Source of the DNA: an uncultured Verrucomicrobiota bacterium
Lineage (GTDB): Bacteria; Verrucomicrobiota; Kiritimatiellia; CAIQIC01; Lenti-01
Length of the DNA: 64,000 bases
Assembly (NCBI GenBank): GCA_937872095.1
Contig: CALMNW010000070.1
Span: 30,542 to 94,541 of the forward strand
Direction of reading: 5' to 3'
A program made the position numbers and the translations under genes. The notes beneath the pieces were generated by a model, which did not search any database, was not told the DNA's origin, and worked only from the letters and a program-made list of their open reading frames with translations. Shown here piece by piece: positions 59,736 through 64,000 of the stretch (positions are counted from its first letter, which is position 1; every line of letters starts with the position of its first letter).

Positions 59736-59889
59736 CAACCGGCTGTCGAAGGCACCGGAAAACGGGGAGCGGCGGCAGCGGGGGGGGATCTTGACCCGGT
59801 AGGCGGCGGATGGCATTCTTCTTCCCGACGAGGTTTTTCGCCGAGGCGCTTGCCGGAATTCCTCGGATCCATCGGCGGAAGAGATCGGA

Positions 59890-61086
59890 ATGAAGAAAAC
59901 CGCTATGGCCGTCATCGCGATTGTCGCCGTTCTGGCGACGATTTGCGCGATCGTCTATCGTTGCTCGGAAAAGGAAATGCTGGTGGATCGGCGGGCGGTC
60001 CCGTCTTCGCGCCTACCCGCGGATCTCCCGTCGCCCTCCGCGCGGCCTGAGCCGTCCACCGTGGTTCCGGTTGCCGAACCCATCGCGCCGCCTCCGCTGT
60101 CGAATCCAGCCGCCGCGGCCGTCCGCGTCATGCTGGAGGGGGCCACGCCGGACGACTGGGAACCCGCCTTGACGGCGCTGGTGGAAACCGCCGATGCCGA
60201 CGTCGTGGCGGCGTTGGCGGCCGCTTTGGCGACGGAAACCGACGCGCATCGGCTCCAATTGATCGGCCGGGCCCTGAACGGCATCGGCACCGCGGAATCC
60301 TTCCGGATTTTCCGGAACTTCCTGAGCGACGAGAAGAACCTCGGCTATCGCGAGCACATGGCCGGCACGATGCTGGCCCTCGAAAACGCGGAGCTGTCGG
60401 GGCAGGTGCTGGACTGGATGATGGAGATGCAGCGGGTGATGGATTACGACATCACGATGGCCTGCCAGGAGGCCGTCGGGCGGCTGGCCACGGAGGAAAC
60501 CCTGGCGCGGATCGTCGCCGAGCACGGCCGGACCAACTGCAACGAATACGCGCTGGAATTGATGCGAACCTCGCTGGCGAACAGCGAATGTCCGGAGGCC
60601 ATCGATCTGTTCCGGAACGTGCTGGAGCATCCGGAAGGGCGCCCGACGCCCGACCTGCAAGCGGCTGTGGCCCAGGCTTTGGCCAGGATCGGCACCCGGC
60701 CCGCCATCGATGCGTTGATCGCCGCTTTGGAGGAATCCACCCGCTCTCCCGAAAACGATTATCTGGCGGATGCGGTTCTCTTGCTGCAACGTTCCTACCT
60801 GCAGGCCTATCTGCAGGAACAGTTCGACCGGGCCACGGCGCCCAACGTGAAATATGCCCTCGGCCGCGTGTTGGCCGAAACCGTTCCGTTGCTGGGGGAC
60901 GACTCGGAAGAGCCGCCTCCGGGCACGGACGGGTTGCCGATTCCGCCGGAGGAAGAGGCACATGCGGCCGTTCTCGGGATCGAGCCTTCCGCCGGAGCAG
61001 GGGGCGAGGGGGCGGAAGAGCCGGATTCCACGTTGATCCCGTCCGGGGCCGTTCCGCCGGAAGCGGTGCCGGCCGGGGTGGATTGA
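59890..61086 (+). CDS. Membrane-anchored HEAT-repeat-like protein; hypothetical, with the same architecture as the upstream gene
   Basis: It has an N-terminal TM (MKKTAMAVIAIVAVLATICAIV), a Pro-rich linker and helical repeats (AAVAQALARIGTRPAIDALIAALEES). Confidence 0.6.
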   Translation: MKKTAMAVIAIVAVLATICAIVYRCSEKEMLVDRRAVPSSRLPADLPSPSARPEPSTVVPVAEPIAPPPLSNPAAAAVRVMLEGATPDDWEPALTALVETADADVVAALAAALATETDAHRLQLIGRALNGIGTAESFRIFRNFLSDEKNLGYREHMAGTMLALENAELSGQVLDWMMEMQRVMDYDITMACQEAVGRLATEETLARIVAEHGRTNCNEYALELMRTSLANSECPEAIDLFRNVLEHPEGRPTPDLQAAVAQALARIGTRPAIDALIAALEESTRSPENDYLADAVLLLQRSYLQAYLQEQFDRATAPNVKYALGRVLAETVPLLGDDSEEPPPGTDGLPIPPEEEAHAAVLGIEPSAGAGGEGAEEPDSTLIPSGAVPPEAVPAGVD

Positions 61087-61138
61087 GAACGGATCTGGCA
61101 GGGCCGGATCCATAGTCGAGCCGCGCGGGGGAAAATAA

Positions 61139-61176
61139 AATCGGCTCGCGCCTCCTGCGAGGTTCGCGAGCCGATT
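61139..61176 (-). terminator. Intrinsic terminator hairpin for the minus-strand CAP-domain gene (12-bp perfect stem AATCGGCTCGCG/CGCGAGCCGATT, 14-nt loop), followed on the minus strand by a U-rich tract (ATTTTATTTTCCCCC)
   Basis: The inverted repeat and the downstream T-tract are read from the sequence. It lies between convergent genes. Confidence 0.55.
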
Positions 61177-61197
61177 CGCCGGAATCCGGACCGGTAC

Positions 61198-62049
61198 TTA
61201 ATAGCTGACGTAGCCGTAATCCTGCACCCAGCGCGGGCCCCAGCTGTCGGTGGACCCGTAATAGCCGAATCCGGCGTTCCGCATGTTGGCGTTCAGGATG
61301 TTGGCCTGGTGTCCGGCGCTGGCCCACCAGGCGTTCATGACCGCGGCCACGGTGGTATAGCCATAGGCGATGTTTTCGCAAAAACCGTAGTAGCGCCAGC
61401 CCGTGCCGAGATAGCCCGTTGCCTGGATGCGCTGCGACATCGTCCAATTGGCCGCCGTGCTGCCGTGATGGTCGGCGCCGCCGTAGTAGTGTTTGGAGGC
61501 CATGTCGTAGGCGTAGTTCTGGGCGGCGGTCTGCAACTTGGAACTCGTGGTCAACGCCGTCCGGCCATATTGGCGGCGGTAATTGTTGACGCGGCTCAGC
61601 ATGTCCGACCGCCAGTCGTACGTGGTTTGGTGCGTGGTGGTGATCCGGAAACAGGCCATGTAGTTTCGATAGGCGTAGAGCTTGACGTAGTAGCGGCCGG
61701 GCGTCGGATTCAAGAGCTGGATGCGTTCGACGTAGCTGTTTCCGGCCGACCGCCGGGTATAGCTGGTGAAACTGGGCCACCCGCCGAACTTCAAATACAA
61801 ATCGACGTCCCCGAAGCCGCAGTGCCCATCGTTGAGGGTTTCGACCGTGAGGCTGGCGCAATTGGCGCCGACGTCGAAGGAGTAGCCCCCCAGCCAAACC
61901 GAGTTTCCGTTCAGGAAACTCCATCTGCCCTGGGTCGATCTCACGTAATGGCCATTGAAAACGCCCCAAAGGGGGGCTGCCGTTGCCGTGATCGCCGTCA
62001 ACAAGAACACGCCGATCGCCACCCGTCCCAGCCCGCGCATGGATTTCAT
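61198..62049 (-). CDS. Secreted protein with an N-terminal PPC-like beta-sandwich domain and a C-terminal CAP/SCP (cysteine-rich secretory protein/PR-1-like) domain
   Basis: The ATG is at 62047-62049 with a GGAGG SD 7 nt upstream. The signal peptide reads MKSMRGLGRVAIGVFLLTAITATAAP. The CAP motifs are HYYGGADHHGS and GHQANILNANMRNAGFGYY. The longer ORF reaching 62541 was rejected. Confidence 0.8.
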   Translation of the reverse strand: MKSMRGLGRVAIGVFLLTAITATAAPLWGVFNGHYVRSTQGRWSFLNGNSVWLGGYSFDVGANCASLTVETLNDGHCGFGDVDLYLKFGGWPSFTSYTRRSAGNSYVERIQLLNPTPGRYYVKLYAYRNYMACFRITTTHQTTYDWRSDMLSRVNNYRRQYGRTALTTSSKLQTAAQNYAYDMASKHYYGGADHHGSTAANWTMSQRIQATGYLGTGWRYYGFCENIAYGYTTVAAVMNAWWASAGHQANILNANMRNAGFGYYGSTDSWGPRWVQDYGYVSY

Positions 62050-62540
62050 GTTTGTTCCTCCAGTGCTTCGTTGTTTCCCGATTGGACCGTCGCCCGACAC
62101 GTGGCATTCCAACCCCAAGCACTTCTCCTTTGCCATAAAATTGAACTCGGCCGGGACGGGTGTCAATTCCCTGATGAATACGGGCGCACGATTTTTGATC
62201 GATGCGGCAGAATGCCGCCGGGAGGGGGAGCCGGGGGGCGGGGAGGATCGGGCGGCAGCCGCCGGTCCCGTTGCGGCGAAGCGGTCCGGCGCCGGAACGA
62301 CGGCTTCCGGACATTGGCATTTCTTTCCGGCATTTGGAGTTAAGCGAAAAGCGCGCTCGCGCCCACATGTTCCAGACGGGGCAAATCGCGCCGAACCGAT
62401 GCCCCTCCCAGACTGCTCGGCTTGACTCGAGCCGTCGTCAGGTGGCATTCTGCGTCGGATTTTGTGCTTTCCGGTGTCCGGGCCGGCCGCGAGTGCCGTG
62501 CCGGATCGGAGGCCAGGGAATTTCAGGAAGCGACGGTACA

Positions 62541-64000
62541 ATGAAAATCGGTTTGGGTTCGGATCACGGCGGCTTCGAAATGAAGCAGAAGATCAAGGAT
62601 CTGCTGGCGAAGCGCGCGGGCGTGGAGACGACGGATTTCGGCACCTACAGCCCGGAATCGGTGGATTACCCCGATTTCGCGATCGAAGTGTCGCGCCGGG
62701 TGTCGGAAGGCGCCCTGGAGCAGGGCGTCCTGATCTGCACGACGGGCGTCGGCATGAGCATGACCGCCAACAAGTATCCGCGCGTGCGCGCGGCGCAGGT
62801 GTTCAACGCGAAGATGGCCCGCATGGCGCGGGAGCACAACAACGCGAACGTGCTGGTCCTCGGGGCGGCCATCACGCCGATGGAGGACATCCCCGCGATC
62901 CTCGACGCCTGGTTCGCGGCGGAATTCGAGCCGGGCACGCGCCACGACCGGCGCGTGCAGAAGGTCAACGCCTGCGCGATGCGGGTGACGGAACCGGAGG
63001 CGATCCACGAGCGCGACACGGAAGTCTACGCGGCGATGCAGGGCGAGGCGAAGCGCCAGCGGCAGAACGTCGAGCTGATCGCGTCGGAAAACTACGTGAG
63101 CCGGGCGGTGCGCGAGGCGCAGGGCTCGGTGCTGACGAACAAGTACGCGGAAGGCTATCCCGGCAAGCGCTACTACAACGGCTGCGAATTCGTGGACGAG
63201 GCGGAGCGGCTGGCCATCGAGCGGGCGAAGCAGCTGTTCGGCGCGGAGCACGCGAACGTGCAGCCACACAGCGGCAGCGGCGCGAACATGGCGGTCTATT
63301 TCGCCATGCTGCAGCCCGGCGACACGGTCCTGGCGATGAGCCTCGCCGCCGGCGGCCACCTGACGCACGGCCACAAGCTGAACTTCTCGGGGCGCTTTTT
63401 CAACGTGGTGCCCTACGGGGTGGATCCGGGGACGGAGCGCATCGACTACGACGCGATCGAAAAGCTGGCGGCGGAGCACAAGCCGCGGATGATCTGCGCG
63501 GGCGCGAGCGCCTATTCGCGCATCATCGACTTCAAGCGCCTGCGGGCCATCGCCGATTCCGCCGGCGCGCTGCTGATGGTGGACATGGCGCACATCGCGG
63601 GGCTGGTGGCGGCGGGCTTCCACCCGAGCCCGGTGCCCTACGCGGATTTCGTCACGACCACGACGCACAAGACGCTGCGCGGGCCGCGCGGCGGCCTGAT
63701 CCTCTGCAAGGAGGCCTTCGCGGCGGACGTCGACAAGCAGGTTTTTCCGGGCATCCAGGGCGGGCCGCTGATGCACGTGATCGCGGCGAAGGCGGTCTGC
63801 TTCCTCGAGGCCCTGCAGCCCTCGTTCAAGGAATACGCGCGGCAGGTGGTGGCCAACGCCCAGACGCTGGCCGCCGAACTGGAAAAGGCCGGCCTCCGCA
63901 TCGTCTCCGCCGGGACGGACAACCACCTGATGCTGGCGGATCTGACGCCGCTGGGCGTGACGGGCAAGGACGCCGCCACGGCGCTTGACCGCGCGCTCAT
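62541..64000 (+). CDS. rpiB-glyA: Apparent in-frame fusion of ribose-5-phosphate isomerase B (RpiB/LacAB) and serine hydroxymethyltransferase (GlyA); the 3' end lies outside the window
   Basis: Frame 0 from the ATG at 62541 reads [22 protein letters not shown]...[20 protein letters not shown] (RpiB). It continues without a stop into [44 protein letters not shown]...[12 protein letters not shown]...[13 protein letters not shown] (GlyA). The ORF track omits it because there is no stop inside the window. Confidence 0.75.
   Translation, partial: MKIGLGSDHGGFEMKQKIKDLLAKRAGVETTDFGTYSPESVDYPDFAIEVSRRVSEGALEQGVLICTTGVGMSMTANKYPRVRAAQVFNAKMARMAREHNNANVLVLGAAITPMEDIPAILDAWFAAEFEPGTRHDRRVQKVNACAMRVTEPEAIHERDTEVYAAMQGEAKRQRQNVELIASENYVSRAVREAQGSVLTNKYAEGYPGKRYYNGCEFVDEAERLAIERAKQLFGAEHANVQPHSGSGANMAVYFAMLQPGDTVLAMSLAAGGHLTHGHKLNFSGRFFNVVPYGVDPGTERIDYDAIEKLAAEHKPRMICAGASAYSRIIDFKRLRAIADSAGALLMVDMAHIAGLVAAGFHPSPVPYADFVTTTTHKTLRGPRGGLILCKEAFAADVDKQVFPGIQGGPLMHVIAAKAVCFLEALQPSFKEYARQVVANAQTLAAELEKAGLRIVSAGTDNHLMLADLTPLGVTGKDAATALDRAL

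Noticed and set aside
62050-62541. N-terminal extension of the CAP-domain ORF (61198..62541 -) and small ORF 61955..62425 (+)
   Set aside because: The extension is Pro/Arg/Ser-rich with no signal. An ATG at 62049 with a GGAGG SD gives a clean signal peptide. The plus-strand ORF is antisense to that N-terminus.
62462-63988. 508-aa RG-rich ORF (frame 2) and 467-aa minus-strand ORF 62523..63926 across the rpiB-glyA region
   Set aside because: Frame 0 gives textbook RpiB and GlyA sequences. These are alternative-frame artefacts.

Overview
This is a high-GC (~68%) bacterial chromosomal window of about 45 genes.

Gene order, left to right:
- A sensory block: a partial discoidin-domain gene; then, on the minus strand, a PocR–multi-PAS–GAF sensor gene 4-bp coupled to a hybrid histidine kinase/receiver; then a solute-binding-domain histidine kinase and a thioredoxin-like gene.
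- A 525-bp AT-rich divergent promoter island.
- A 9.96-kb gene for a 3320-aa secreted surface protein with a signal peptide, SdrD-B-like calcium-binding repeats and a C-terminal gingipain-like C25 peptidase domain.
- Two nt after its stop, a compact RiPP-like module: a PqqD-family recognition protein, a radical-SAM/SPASM maturase, a 61-aa peptide ORF with its own GGAGG Shine-Dalgarno site and a PqqA-like leader motif, an HprK-related P-loop kinase, and a convergent S24/S26 peptidase.
- A FecR-domain/glycoside-hydrolase-like protein and an outer-membrane beta-barrel.
- A ~26-kb exopolysaccharide operon encoding Wza, Wzc, two Wzy-like polymerases, Wzm/Wzt, about 12 glycosyltransferases, two SAM methyltransferases, an acetyltransferase, a WecA-like initiating enzyme, an SGNH hydrolase and a sulfatase-like membrane protein. 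Almost all of its genes are joined by 4–8 nt start/stop overlaps.
- A convergent NTP_transf_5-type nucleotidyltransferase.
- tRNA-Arg(UCG), then secreted PPC-domain, HEAT-like and CAP-domain proteins, and an apparent in-frame rpiB–glyA fusion running off the window.

I found no CRISPR array, transposase or integrase. Many long antisense ORFs, including a 3316-aa mirror of the giant gene, are high-GC artefacts.

The most interesting candidate is the RiPP-like module embedded between the giant adhesin/protease gene and the EPS locus.
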